This document shows, in pieces, positions 25,292 through 35,691 of a DNA stretch of 64,000 nt (position 1 is its first letter; each line of letters opens with the position of its first letter). Below the pieces are notes generated by a model, which searched no databases, was not told the DNA's origin, and saw only the letters and a program-made list of their open reading frames with translations. The DNA lies in the NCBI GenBank assembly GCA_965248925.1, contig CBDFLE010000006.1, forward strand, positions 512,001 to 576,000, given 5' to 3'. This DNA comes from Candidatus Multivoradales bacterium (GTDB lineage Bacteria > Acidobacteriota > Thermoanaerobaculia > Multivoradales > J023). The position numbers and the translations under genes are program-made.

Positions 25292-27820
25292 CAGACCTCC
25301 TGACCTACCCCTCCTAACCCTCTGAAAACACAGGACCGCCCCTCAGAGGTGGTGCGGACCCAAAACTGTCCGCTTTTTTCGGTGCCGAGGCATGATCGAG
25401 CATGGCACTGACGAGCGAGCACACCGTCCTGTTCCCAGACCACGCCGGGGTCCCCGATGGGGTTGTGGTGATCAACGACCGCTGCCGCCTCCAGCAGAGG
25501 GGCGGCTATCGGGTGGTGGTGGTCAGCGGCATGCCGCTCGCTCACTTCGCTGCCGGCGACAGGACAGGCGAGGCCCACGCGATGGTGAGTCTCGTTGAAT
25601 TGGGCTGGGCACAGCAACGCGAGGTGGCCCTTGCGTTCGCTTGTGATGTGCGGACTGTGCGCCGGAATCAGCGCCGCTTCGAAGAAGGTGGGCTGGCTGC
25701 TCTGGGCCGGCCGCGCGGTTTTCCCCGGGGTCAGTCTCGGGTAGCGCAGGGCCGCCTGGACGCGGTCAACGGCTGGAAGGCCGAGGGTGTGTCGAATCGC
25801 GAGATTGGCCGGCGGCTGGGCATCGATGAGAAGGCCGTTCGCAAGCTCGCCAAGCGCCTGGGCTGGAAAGAGCGGTCGGTAGTGCAGATGACGATGCCCT
25901 TCGAGAGTGCGGACCCAAAACTGTCCGCCTCTGATGAGCAGCAGGTCGACGGCCCCCTGAAAACTGCGGATCTTGCGCTCGACGCTGAGGGTGGCGGTGA
26001 CCCAGCGGCTGCGGACCCAAAACTGTCCGCTTCTGCGTCCGAGCAAGATCAGGTTCCCCTCTCGCTGGACCTCGATCCAGCGGATCGCGCCAGCGATCGG
26101 CTGCTGGCGAGGCTGGGATTCCTCGATGATGCGGCGCCGATCTTCGGAGCGGCGACCCAGCTACCGGGCGCCGGTGCTCTGCTGGCGATTCCCGCCCTGG
26201 TGGACAGCGGCGTGCTCTCCATCGCGCAGGAGCTGTACGGCAGCATCGGGCCGGCCTTCTATGGGCTGCGCACCACTCTGGTAACCCTGCTGCTGATGGC
26301 ACTGTTGCGGGTCAAGCGACCCGAAGGGCTCAAGGAGCGCTCACCCCGGCATTTGGGTCAGCTTCTCGGGCTCGACCGAGCGCCGGAAGTGAAAACCTTG
26401 CGCAACAAGCTCGCTCGGCTGGCCGCGCATGGCCTGGCCGCGGATCTCGGTCGCGCCCTCGCTCAGCGCCGGGTCGCCACCAGGGGCCATGCCATGGGCT
26501 TCCTCTACGTGGACGGGCATGTGCGCGCCTACCACGGTGGCCGAGAGATTCCCAAGACACACGTAGCGCGGATGCGGATCGCGATGCCGGCCACCACCGA
26601 CTACTGGGTCAACGATGCTGAGAGCGAGCCTCTCTTCGTGGTTCCCACCGAGGCCAACAAGGGGCTTGCGACGATGCTTCCCCTCATTCTCGAAGAGGTA
26701 CGAAAGCTACTCGGAGACCGGCGAGTCACCGTCGTCTTCGACCGTGGGGGTTGGAGCCCGAAGCTGTTTGCGAAGCTCATCGCCAAGAAGTTCGACATCC
26801 TCACATACCGAAAGGCCCCCTTTCGTCCGGTGCCGTTGAGCAAGTTCGGGCAGATCAAGGACACGATCCACGGGCGGAAGCTCGAGTACCTCCTCGCCGA
26901 TCAGCGTATCTACCTCGAGTATGGCCCGAGGAAGAAGCGCAAGCGGCTGTACCTGCGCCAGGTCACCCGCCTCTGCGACAACGGCCACCAGACGTCCATC
27001 ATCACCTCCCGCCGCGACCTCTCCACACTCGAGGTCGCCTACCGCATGTTCGATCGTTGGAGGCAAGAGAACTTCTTCAAATACCTGCGCGAAGAATTCG
27101 CACTCGATGCCCTGGTGGACTATGGCACCGAGCCAGCGGACGCCGCCCGCGATGTGCCGAATCCCGAGCGCGGCAAGATCAATGCAGAGCTGCGCAAAGC
27201 TCACGCACATCTCGAGCAGCTCCGGGCCCACATCGGGATCGCTGCTCTTGAAAACCGCGAGGATCGGCGGCGCACGATGCGCGGATTCAAGATCGCCAAC
27301 GCCGCCATCTCCGCCAGGGTCCGGGCAGCGATAGAGCAGATCACCGAACTCGAGAACCAGCGCGCGACCCTCCCCGTCCGCGTCCCCGTCCAAGAGGTCG
27401 TCGAAGCGGATGTCATCAAGCTGTCCGTCGAGCGCAAGCACCTCACCGATATTCTCAAGATGGTCGCCTACCAGGCCGAAGGTGATCTTCTCCGGCTCCT
27501 ATCACCCCACTACCGCCGCACCGAGCAGGAGGGACGCACCCTGATCCAAAGCGCTTTCGCGGCCGGCGGCGATATGGAGGTTACCGACACCGTGCTGCTC
27601 CTTTCCATCGACCCGCTCAGCTCTCCCCACAAGACGGCGGCGATCGCCGCCGTCTGCGAAGAACTCAACGCTACCGCCACCCACTTCCCCGGCACCGAGC
27701 TACGGATGCGGTTCGCGATCAAGAAGGCGCCACCCCGGAGCCTGGCCTTCCCAGGGCCTCGGAACACCTCCGGAGAGGCTCAACCGGACATTTGAGAAAA
27801 AGGGTATGTCAGGAGTTCTG
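25292..27820 (+). mobile_element. Insertion sequence of uncertain family with 19-bp IRs and 5-bp TSD GACTC
   Basis: CAGACCTCCTGACCTACCC versus reverse complement CAGAACTCCTGACATACCC; GACTC at 25287-25291 and 27821-27825. Confidence 0.9.
25402..27795 (+). CDS. Large DDE transposase with two N-terminal HTH domains
   Basis: YVDGH, VFDRGG and RWRQENFFKY motifs; HTH motifs (QREVALAFACDVRTV; SNREIGRRLGIDEKAV). Confidence 0.9.
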   Translation: MALTSEHTVLFPDHAGVPDGVVVINDRCRLQQRGGYRVVVVSGMPLAHFAAGDRTGEAHAMVSLVELGWAQQREVALAFACDVRTVRRNQRRFEEGGLAALGRPRGFPRGQSRVAQGRLDAVNGWKAEGVSNREIGRRLGIDEKAVRKLAKRLGWKERSVVQMTMPFESADPKLSASDEQQVDGPLKTADLALDAEGGGDPAAADPKLSASASEQDQVPLSLDLDPADRASDRLLARLGFLDDAAPIFGAATQLPGAGALLAIPALVDSGVLSIAQELYGSIGPAFYGLRTTLVTLLLMALLRVKRPEGLKERSPRHLGQLLGLDRAPEVKTLRNKLARLAAHGLAADLGRALAQRRVATRGHAMGFLYVDGHVRAYHGGREIPKTHVARMRIAMPATTDYWVNDAESEPLFVVPTEANKGLATMLPLILEEVRKLLGDRRVTVVFDRGGWSPKLFAKLIAKKFDILTYRKAPFRPVPLSKFGQIKDTIHGRKLEYLLADQRIYLEYGPRKKRKRLYLRQVTRLCDNGHQTSIITSRRDLSTLEVAYRMFDRWRQENFFKYLREEFALDALVDYGTEPADAARDVPNPERGKINAELRKAHAHLEQLRAHIGIAALENREDRRRTMRGFKIANAAISARVRAAIEQITELENQRATLPVRVPVQEVVEADVIKLSVERKHLTDILKMVAYQAEGDLLRLLSPHYRRTEQEGRTLIQSAFAAGGDMEVTDTVLLLSIDPLSSPHKTAAIAAVCEELNATATHFPGTELRMRFAIKKAPPRSLAFPGPRNTSGEAQPDI

Positions 27821-28215
27821 GACTCAGCTCACCCGAGACTGGGCCTTGTGCTTCGAGGAAAACTCAAGAGGCGGCAGCCAAGGGATGCCGTAAACTCACA
27901 ACATCAAACATTTTTGAGCTTTTGTTTTGGACAAGAGTGACAAAAAATAGTCCAGGTGAAACGGCGAGATGACAGCTCCTGCGAGACCCGACTGTAATGG
28001 AGCCCGTAACCTCCTTGCCCTATTCTCGCATTTGTCAGCAATAAATCGCTCTCAGATTTCAGGCCGACAGGGACTGGACGCCCGAGTTTGATTCCGAATT
28101 CGGCACCGACGACTCATCGCTGACAGTCTTGTACTACGTTGCTTTCCGTCCCGCGGAGAGCTGTCAGAGGAGTAGCAGAGAATTGGGATTTGCCAACAAC
28201 GAAAGGACGCTGCAG

Positions 28216-29964
28216 ATGCATTCTTCCAGAAGGGCAACGCGTATCTGGGCGGGGGCGACGGGGTGGGTTTCTAGATCAGGATCGAGGGCGCACCTCAGGG
28301 GAATTACCTGCGCTGTCATTGCCGCTTGCGCGGCGACCGCTATCATTCTCTTGCCAAGTACCAGTTACCTAGGCACAGCACAGCCAGCAGCCACGACGCC
28401 GCTAGTCCGGGTGATCGTCCAGGCCGACAATGCCGATAAGGCAGCTGAGCAGGTGTTGGCGGTCGGTGGTCTGCCAAGCCACCAGCTCAAGCTGATCGGA
28501 GCCGTCGCCGCTGAACTCAGCGAACAGCAGGTAGCGACTTTGCGCCGTTTGCCAAAAGTGTTGAGAATCTACTCTGACCGAGCGGTGCATTCGAGCTCTC
28601 AACACGGCAACTCGGATGGACTTGAACAACCCACCGAGGGGCTGGCTGACTTATATACGGACTTTCCGGCCCAGATCGGCGCCGACACCCTACACGTCGC
28701 AGGCATCACCGGCCGGGGAATCACCCTAGCTGTAATCGACAGTGGTCACACCAAGCTCCCCGGATTGAAGTTTAACCTAGACGCCGAGCGCCGAGTGCTG
28801 GCGCAATACGATGCCATCAATGATCGCGAGCTGGGTGACACCCCCAGAGACCCTCATGGCCACGGTAGTCATGTCTCGTCGGTCAGCCTGAATAGCGATC
28901 GCGACTCGACCTCACAGCGCTACAATGGCATCGCTCCGGGCGCCGACCTGGTTGTCGTCTGCGCCTTTGACGAAGCCGGCCAAGGCACTTACTCTGATGT
29001 CATCCGCGGCCTTGACTGGGTAGTGGAAAACAAGGCTGCCTACGGTATTCGAGTGCTGAATCTTTCCTTCAGCTCACCGCCGCAGTCATTCTACTGGGAA
29101 GACCCACTCAACCAAGCGGTGATGAAAGCCTGGCAATCAGGATTGGTGGTGGTGACCTCGGCCGGCAACAGGGGGCCTGAGGCTATGACCGTCGGTGTCC
29201 CCGGCAATGTCCCCTATGTGATCACGGTCGGAGCCATGAGCGACAACTTCACCCCTGAAGATGGCCGCGACGATCGACTGGCGAGTTTCTCTTCGTCCGG
29301 CCCCTCCATCGAGGGATTCGTCAAACCTGAGCTGCTGGCTCCCGGCGGACACCTGAAGGGATTGCTGAACGGCAGCTCCGAGCTGCGGCATGACTACCCC
29401 GAATGGCGGGATGGAATTTACTTCGCTATGTCTGGAACTTCGCAAGCGACAGCGGTGGTTTCTGGTGCCGCTTTGCTGTTGCTCGAAAGAGAGCCTTGGT
29501 TGACCCCTGACGACGTCAAGTGCCGACTGATGCGCACCGCTAGGCTGGCGATCGACAACCAGGGCGAGCTAATCTACAGTGTCTTCCAACAGGGCGCCGG
29601 ATTGATCGATGTCGCCGCGGCTTCTGTCTCCGCAGCTAGGGGCTGCGCCAACACAGGACTGTCGCTGGAGAAGGATCTCGCCAACCTGGAACACTACGCC
29701 GGCCCGGCAAGGCAAGACGAGAACGGAAACTTCTACCTCGAGGGCCACGAAGAGATAGTGTGGGACGGTGAGTACCTCTACGATGATGTTTTCGTCTGGA
29801 ATGACGTATTCGTTTGGAATGACGTATTCGTTTGGAATGATGTCTTTGTTTGGAATGATGTCTTCGTCTGGAATGACGTATTCGTTTGGAATGATGCCTT
29901 TATTTGGAACGACTGTGAGGACGAGGAGGGGTTCGACGTCGACACCTGGATCGACCAAGAGTAA
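28216..29964 (+). CDS. S8 subtilisin-like serine peptidase with C-terminal (DVFVWN)7 repeat
   Basis: Catalytic triad VIDSG, HGHGSHV, SGTSQA; oxyanion SAGN; prodomain; N-terminal hydrophobic segment; start uncertain (28129 or 28216). Confidence 0.92.
   Translation: MHSSRRATRIWAGATGWVSRSGSRAHLRGITCAVIAACAATAIILLPSTSYLGTAQPAATTPLVRVIVQADNADKAAEQVLAVGGLPSHQLKLIGAVAAELSEQQVATLRRLPKVLRIYSDRAVHSSSQHGNSDGLEQPTEGLADLYTDFPAQIGADTLHVAGITGRGITLAVIDSGHTKLPGLKFNLDAERRVLAQYDAINDRELGDTPRDPHGHGSHVSSVSLNSDRDSTSQRYNGIAPGADLVVVCAFDEAGQGTYSDVIRGLDWVVENKAAYGIRVLNLSFSSPPQSFYWEDPLNQAVMKAWQSGLVVVTSAGNRGPEAMTVGVPGNVPYVITVGAMSDNFTPEDGRDDRLASFSSSGPSIEGFVKPELLAPGGHLKGLLNGSSELRHDYPEWRDGIYFAMSGTSQATAVVSGAALLLLEREPWLTPDDVKCRLMRTARLAIDNQGELIYSVFQQGAGLIDVAAASVSAARGCANTGLSLEKDLANLEHYAGPARQDENGNFYLEGHEEIVWDGEYLYDDVFVWNDVFVWNDVFVWNDVFVWNDVFVWNDVFVWNDAFIWNDCEDEEGFDVDTWIDQE
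29785..29910 (+). repeat. 7 x 18-bp coding tandem repeat (DVFVWN x6, DAFIWN)
   Basis: GAYGTNTTYGTYTGGAAT units with synonymous variation. Confidence 0.95.
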
Positions 29965-29990
29965 CTCTCGGCGTCTATTCCAAAAGCAGA

Positions 29991-32900
29991 ATGTCTAGAT
30001 TCATCCGGATTTGGCAACCACCAGCACTGCGCCGGTGGTTGTTCTCCTGTGCTATCGCTGGCGCCGCGGTGCTGTGCTGCGGACCGGCGGCGGCAGATCC
30101 TAACATTCGTTTCCAACGCCTTTCGGTACGCCAGGGCCTGCCGCAAGCGCAGGTCAGTTGCAGCTTGCAAGATAAGCAGGGTTTCATGTGGTTTGGCACC
30201 GAAGAGGGACTGAGCCGTTACGATGGACACCGCTTCGTCAATTTTTCCCACGATCCCCGCGAGTCAAGCTCGCTGTCACACAACACGGTCAAGGCGATGC
30301 TCGAGGACCGCACCGGCAACCTGTGGATCGGGACCGATGGCGGTGGCTTGAATCTGTTTCGACAAGCCGACCAGAGCTTCGCCCATTACCGCCATTCACC
30401 GACCCATCCGGCCAGCCTGTCGAACGACGACATTCGCTCATTGCTCGAAGATTCAAACGGGCGGCTGTGGGTCGGCACCGATGGTGGCGGCCTCGACCGC
30501 TTCGACCCCAACAGCGGCACTTTCGAGCATTTCAAACACCATCCGCAACGCCCAGACAGCTTGGCCAGCAACGCCGTGCGCGGCCTGGCGGCAAGTCGGG
30601 ATGGCAAGCTGTGGGTCGCCACAGATGGCGGCGGTCTCGATCTACTCGACCCGGCGACCCAGCAGGCTGTGCACTACCGCCACCACCCTGAAGATCCCAC
30701 CAGCCTCTCAAGCGATCGTGCTCGCCAGCCTTTCGTCGACCGCGCGGGCACTCTCTGGGTAGGTACTTACGATGGTGGGCTAAATCGCCTCGATGGGGAC
30801 CATTTCAAGCAATTCCACCAGCAGCGAGACGATCCAGACAGCCTCGCCTCAGATAGCGTGTGGACGCTGTTCGAGGATATGAGTGGCACCCTCTGGGTAG
30901 GCACTGACGCCGGCCTCGAGATCTACCGCCCTAGCGTGGAGAACTTCGCCCACTACCGCCATCGGGCGACCGACCCGGCCAGCTTGAGCAACGATCGGGT
31001 GACCTCGATCTTCCAGGATAGGGGCGCCGTGCTGTGGGTCGGCACCTACGACGGCCTAAACTCCTGGAATGCCACCACTGGCGCCTTCGCTCACTATCGC
31101 CGAGGCGACAAGAGCAGCGATCAGCTGAGTAACGATTTCATCACTTCCTTCGCCGAAGGTGAGCCGGGTGTGCTGTGGGTCGGCACCTATGGCGGCGGCA
31201 TCAATCGCTTCGACCGACAGCGCGGGACTTTCCGCCCCTTCCGCCACCACCCCGACGATCGGCGCAGCTTGAGCGACGACCGGGCCATGTCCCTGGTCTA
31301 CTCCGCAGCCGGTGAGCTGTGGGTCGGCACCCTCGGCGGCGGTCTCAACCGGATGTCCGCGGACGGCCGATTCGAACGCTTTCTACACCATCCGGAAGAA
31401 GACCGCAGCCTGGCATGGAACGGCGTTACGACTCTGTTGGAGAGCAGCCAGGGCAAGCTGTGGGTGGGCACCTACCGCGGCGGTCTGGACCGGTTCGACG
31501 CCATCAAGGGAAGCTTTGTCCACCACCGTCACGACCCGGACCAATCGGCTAGCCTGTCGAGCAACCTAGTGCTCGATATCGCCGAAAGCAGCGATGGTCT
31601 GCTGTGGATCGGTACCGACGGCGGTGGGCTCAACCGCTTCGACCCGCAGACCGGCAGCTTCGAGCATTTCCGTCACGACCCCAACGACCCCTCCAGCCTA
31701 TCGAGCGATCATGCCTGGTGGGTGCTCGAAGATCCCCGCGGCAACCTGTGGATCGGCACCCAGAATGGTGGCCTCAATCGCTGGCGGGCAGAGGACCGTC
31801 GCGCCGGAAGAGCGGTTTTCGAACGCTTCGGCAAGAGCAACGGCCTGCCCAGCAACATGATCTATGGCGTGCTACAGGATGACTTGGGCAACCTCTGGCT
31901 GTCGAGCAACCGTGGCATTGCCAGCCTCGATCCCAGCAATGGCAACATCCGGATTTTCGGCTCGCACCACGGACTGCAAGGGGAGGAATTTAACTTCGGC
32001 GCCGCTTTCGAGGCCGCCGATGGCGAGTTCTTCTTCGGCGGGGTCAACGGCTTCAGCAGCTTCTATCCGGCCGCGATCTACGCTAACCCCTATCGCCCGC
32101 AAATCAAGCTTACCCGAGTGCTGAAGTTCAACGATCCGCTGCGTTTCGACCAGCCGCTGGCACAGGTCGAGCAGATCACTCTCGGACACCGCGACGACAT
32201 GATCTCTTTCGAGTTCGCGGCCCTTGACTTCACCGCTCCCGACAAGAACCGCTATCGCCACCGGCTGGTGGGTTTCGACCGCGACTGGATCGACTCTAGC
32301 GAACCTCGTCGGGCGACCTACACCAACCTGGCAGCCGGCACTTACACCTTGCAGGTTCAGGGCTCGAACAACGATGGCCTGTGGAGCGACCAAGATCTCG
32401 AACTTGAGCTGTTGGTACTGCCGCCGCCGTGGCAGACCTGGTGGGCCTGGGGACTCTATGCCGTCGCCTCCGCCTGGATGCTATTGCTCTTCTACCGGAC
32501 TCAGCAAAGCAAGCGGCGACGAGCCGCTGAACTGGCGCGCACTAACTCCGTCCTGCGCCGCGAGATCACTGAAGGCCAGGCCAAGGAAGAAGCCCTCGGG
32601 CGCGAGCAGAAGCGGGCGCAGGCCTATCTCGATGTTGCCGAGGTGATCATGGTCGCGGTCGATGCCGCGGGTCAGGTGACATTGATCAACCCCAAGGGGC
32701 GTGAGCTTCTCGGCTGCCTCGAGCAGGAGACCGTGGGCAAGAGCTGGGTCGATTGCTTTGTGCCGGTGGAGCATCGGTCGAGAGTTCGCAGCCACCTCGA
32801 CAGCGTGGCCACCGGGGCCTACGAGTATCCGCTGCTCACCCGCTACGGCGAAGAACGCATCATCGAGTGGCGGACCGCCCGCCTGCCGGGTCTTGATGGC

Positions 32901-35012
32901 GAGCCCGGCGGCACTCTAAGTTCGGGATTGGATCTGACCCAGGTACGGCAACTCAAAGAAGCAAAGGAAAGCGCCGAGCAGGACAACCGCGCAAAATCGC
33001 TCTTCTTGGCCAATATGAGCCACGAGATTCGCACGCCGATGAACGGCGTTCTGGGCATGATCGAGCTGCTGCTCAACACCCCCTTGACCGAGCGCCAGAC
33101 GAAGTTCGCCATCACCGCTCGACGCTCGGCACACAACCTGCTGGACTTGCTCAACAACGTCCTCGATTTCTCCAAGATCGAGGCTGGCAAGCTCGAACTC
33201 GAGCAAGTCGAGGTACCCTTGGCCGAGCTGCTTTATGAGGTCGCCGAGCTCTTTGCCGAAGCCAGCGACGCCAAGGACATCGAACTGCTGTGCGAGATCG
33301 ACCCGCAGCTGCCTGAGCAGCTCGCTACCGATCCCACCCGGCTACGCCAGATTCTGGTCAATCTGCTCAGTAACGCCATCAAGTTCACCGACCGCGGCCA
33401 AGTGACGCTCAGCGCCACCCCCCAGGCAGAATCCCTGCTCACCGACGGCAGCGATGAAGAGCGTCCGCAAGTGCTGTTCGAAATCGTCGACACCGGCATT
33501 GGCCTCGACGAGCAGGCGCGCGCGCGGATTTTCGGAGCTTTCCATCAGGCCGACGGCTCGACCACTCGCAAGTACGGCGGCACCGGACTCGGGCTGTCGA
33601 TCTGCACCGAGCTGGTGGCCCTGATGGGAGGCCGGATGGGGGTCGACAGCGGCAAGGTCGGAAGTGCTGGTGGCGCCGGCGGGGGCGGCATGGGCTCGCG
33701 ATTCTGGTTCACTTTACCCCTCGATCCGAGCGCCGCCACAAGCCGCCAGCGCGCGACCTTCAAGGATCCTCCGCGAGTGCTGGTTGTCGACGACAATCAG
33801 GCCTGTCGCCGCGGTCTAAAGAGCCAACTTGAGTCCTGGAAGATCGCCGTGGATACCGCTTCCACCGGCCCCGAGGGGTTCCGGAAGCTGCTGGCGGCAA
33901 GCGTCGAGGGTCGGCCCTATGGCCTGTTGTTGGTCGACCGCCGGATGCCCGGCATGGACGGTATTGAGTTCGCCCTCGCGCTTCGCGGCTGCCCACCATT
34001 GGCAGACGTTCCGACCATCCTAATGGCCGCCGTCGCACCACCGAGCAGCGAGCAACTCGAAAATACTCGGCTGGTGCATTTGCTGTCCAAACCGGTGCGC
34101 CCGAATGAACTCTACGATTGCCTGCGGGCGGTCGTCTCCCCCGACCAATTCACCCTCGCGCGGTCGGCAGAAAAGCCGGCGACCTTCACCAAGCTCGATG
34201 GCGCCCAGTTGTTGGTGGTTGAAGACAACCAGGTCAACCAAGAGGTGGCGCGCTCGATCCTGGAGAATCAGGGCTGTCAGGTAGAGGTAGCCAGCAACGG
34301 AGTTCGCGCCCTCGAACTACTCGCCTGTCGCCGTTTCGACGCCGTGTTGATGGACTGTCAGATGCCGGAGCTCGATGGCTACGAAATCACCCGCAAGCTC
34401 CGCCACCGTGAGCTTCATTCGGGCTCGGACCGACTGCCAGTCATCGCCATGACCGCCAACGCGATGCAAGGGGATCGGGAGCGCTGTCTAGCCGCCGGCA
34501 TGGATGATTACTTGAGCAAGCCTTTTCGCCCCGAAGAGCTTCGCCACTGCCTGCTACGCTGGTTGCCGGCCCACCGGCCCGGGGGCCAGGCGACCAGCCC
34601 GGTCAAGCAGCCGCCACCTTTGCTCACTCCGCCCGCCAGGCCCAGCCAAACTACCCCGGGACAACTCAACCCGCGAGCGTTGGAGCAACTACGTAAGATC
34701 GAAGCGCGAGGTTCACGCGGCTTCTTTCGCCGTATCGTCAGACAATATCTGGCCACTACCCCAACTCTCGTCGACCAGCTACAGCGGGCCCTCGAAGGCC
34801 ATCAGCAGAGCAACATTCGGCGGACCGCACACAGCCTGAAATCGTCGAGCGGCAATCTCGGCGCCGGCCACCTGGCTGGCCTCTGTAGGCAGCTAGAGCT
34901 GGTGGACGAGGATCAGGCCCGGAATCTGCCAAGCCTGGTAGGGGCGGTGGCCAGCGAGCACAGCCAGATCTGCGCCCAACTCGAACACGAACTTCTCGGC
35001 GAAGCTTCCTAG
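29991..35012 (+). CDS. Hybrid sensor histidine kinase: periplasmic beta-propellers + Y_Y_Y, TM, PAS, HisKA/HATPase, 2 REC, Hpt
   Basis: Repeated LWIGTDGGGL motifs; YTNLAAGTYTLQV; FLANMSHEIRTPMNG; G-boxes; two receiver domains; AHSLKSSS Hpt motif. Confidence 0.95.
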   Translation: MSRFIRIWQPPALRRWLFSCAIAGAAVLCCGPAAADPNIRFQRLSVRQGLPQAQVSCSLQDKQGFMWFGTEEGLSRYDGHRFVNFSHDPRESSSLSHNTVKAMLEDRTGNLWIGTDGGGLNLFRQADQSFAHYRHSPTHPASLSNDDIRSLLEDSNGRLWVGTDGGGLDRFDPNSGTFEHFKHHPQRPDSLASNAVRGLAASRDGKLWVATDGGGLDLLDPATQQAVHYRHHPEDPTSLSSDRARQPFVDRAGTLWVGTYDGGLNRLDGDHFKQFHQQRDDPDSLASDSVWTLFEDMSGTLWVGTDAGLEIYRPSVENFAHYRHRATDPASLSNDRVTSIFQDRGAVLWVGTYDGLNSWNATTGAFAHYRRGDKSSDQLSNDFITSFAEGEPGVLWVGTYGGGINRFDRQRGTFRPFRHHPDDRRSLSDDRAMSLVYSAAGELWVGTLGGGLNRMSADGRFERFLHHPEEDRSLAWNGVTTLLESSQGKLWVGTYRGGLDRFDAIKGSFVHHRHDPDQSASLSSNLVLDIAESSDGLLWIGTDGGGLNRFDPQTGSFEHFRHDPNDPSSLSSDHAWWVLEDPRGNLWIGTQNGGLNRWRAEDRRAGRAVFERFGKSNGLPSNMIYGVLQDDLGNLWLSSNRGIASLDPSNGNIRIFGSHHGLQGEEFNFGAAFEAADGEFFFGGVNGFSSFYPAAIYANPYRPQIKLTRVLKFNDPLRFDQPLAQVEQITLGHRDDMISFEFAALDFTAPDKNRYRHRLVGFDRDWIDSSEPRRATYTNLAAGTYTLQVQGSNNDGLWSDQDLELELLVLPPPWQTWWAWGLYAVASAWMLLLFYRTQQSKRRRAAELARTNSVLRREITEGQAKEEALGREQKRAQAYLDVAEVIMVAVDAAGQVTLINPKGRELLGCLEQETVGKSWVDCFVPVEHRSRVRSHLDSVATGAYEYPLLTRYGEERIIEWRTARLPGLDGEPGGTLSSGLDLTQVRQLKEAKESAEQDNRAKSLFLANMSHEIRTPMNGVLGMIELLLNTPLTERQTKFAITARRSAHNLLDLLNNVLDFSKIEAGKLELEQVEVPLAELLYEVAELFAEASDAKDIELLCEIDPQLPEQLATDPTRLRQILVNLLSNAIKFTDRGQVTLSATPQAESLLTDGSDEERPQVLFEIVDTGIGLDEQARARIFGAFHQADGSTTRKYGGTGLGLSICTELVALMGGRMGVDSGKVGSAGGAGGGGMGSRFWFTLPLDPSAATSRQRATFKDPPRVLVVDDNQACRRGLKSQLESWKIAVDTASTGPEGFRKLLAASVEGRPYGLLLVDRRMPGMDGIEFALALRGCPPLADVPTILMAAVAPPSSEQLENTRLVHLLSKPVRPNELYDCLRAVVSPDQFTLARSAEKPATFTKLDGAQLLVVEDNQVNQEVARSILENQGCQVEVASNGVRALELLACRRFDAVLMDCQMPELDGYEITRKLRHRELHSGSDRLPVIAMTANAMQGDRERCLAAGMDDYLSKPFRPEELRHCLLRWLPAHRPGGQATSPVKQPPPLLTPPARPSQTTPGQLNPRALEQLRKIEARGSRGFFRRIVRQYLATTPTLVDQLQRALEGHQQSNIRRTAHSLKSSSGNLGAGHLAGLCRQLELVDEDQARNLPSLVGAVASEHSQICAQLEHELLGEAS

Positions 35013-35016
35013 CTGC

Positions 35017-35553
35017 TCAAAGCTGGAAGCGAAAGATCGCACCCAGGGTGTAGGTGTCGGTGTCGACATCAAAGTCTTCGAGCTGGTCCCAATCATCGAA
35101 TCGGTAGGTGGCGTTGAGGTCGATCCGCAGCGCCCCGAGCAACTGCAATTCCCAACCCAGGCGGACGGCGTAGAAGGGGTCGTAATCGTCGTCGAGACCG
35201 GATGAATAGGTGACCCCTGCGCCTACTCCGCCGTAAAACGAACCGCCGACCAGGATGAAGGCCTGCGGCGCCCAGGCGGTTTCGTCGGTGCCGGCAAAAC
35301 CGTTCTCGAAGACCTCTAGATCGAGTTCAAAGCGAAAGAATCCACCGGGCACGTATTGGTAGCTCAGGATGTAAGACTCGCCATCGTCATCGATGTTGTC
35401 GAGTTCACTGTTGCTAGGCAAGCCATCGAATGTCTGCCAATAGCGCAGGCCGATGCCGAGTCGGTGATCGGCGGCGGTGCTCGGCGAAGCCACGGCCAGC
35501 GCTGCCAAGGTTGAAAAGAGCAGCACGCTCAGAGCCAAACGACTGCGAATCAT
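35017..35553 (-). CDS. Outer-membrane beta-barrel protein
   Basis: Signal peptide MIRSRLALSVLLFSTLAALAVA, alternating beta strands, C-terminal YTLGAIFRFQL. Confidence 0.8.
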   Translation of the reverse strand: MIRSRLALSVLLFSTLAALAVASPSTAADHRLGIGLRYWQTFDGLPSNSELDNIDDDGESYILSYQYVPGGFFRFELDLEVFENGFAGTDETAWAPQAFILVGGSFYGGVGAGVTYSSGLDDDYDPFYAVRLGWELQLLGALRIDLNATYRFDDWDQLEDFDVDTDTYTLGAIFRFQL

Positions 35554-35691
35554 CTGCAATCCTCCAGTTGTTCCGCCGGAAAAGAATTGTCCGGACTGCG
35601 AAATTCCACACTCAGCATACCGCGCCGGACCCTCGGCGTGCGATCGCCTGCTACTGTGGAGTTTCACCGACAAACTAAGGAACCCAATGAT

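Larger units (their letters stand above)
23888..27939 (-). mobile_element. IS4-family element carrying a nested IS in its upstream end
   Basis: Terminal IRs CACTGCTGCCCAA (23888) and, as reverse complement, CACTCTTGTCCAA (27939); flanks ACAAAAAT / ACAAAAAA form a near-perfect 8-bp duplication. Confidence 0.8.

Noticed and set aside
29785-29910. CRISPR array
   Set aside because: Contiguous in-frame 18-bp units with no spacers and no cas genes; it is a coding repeat
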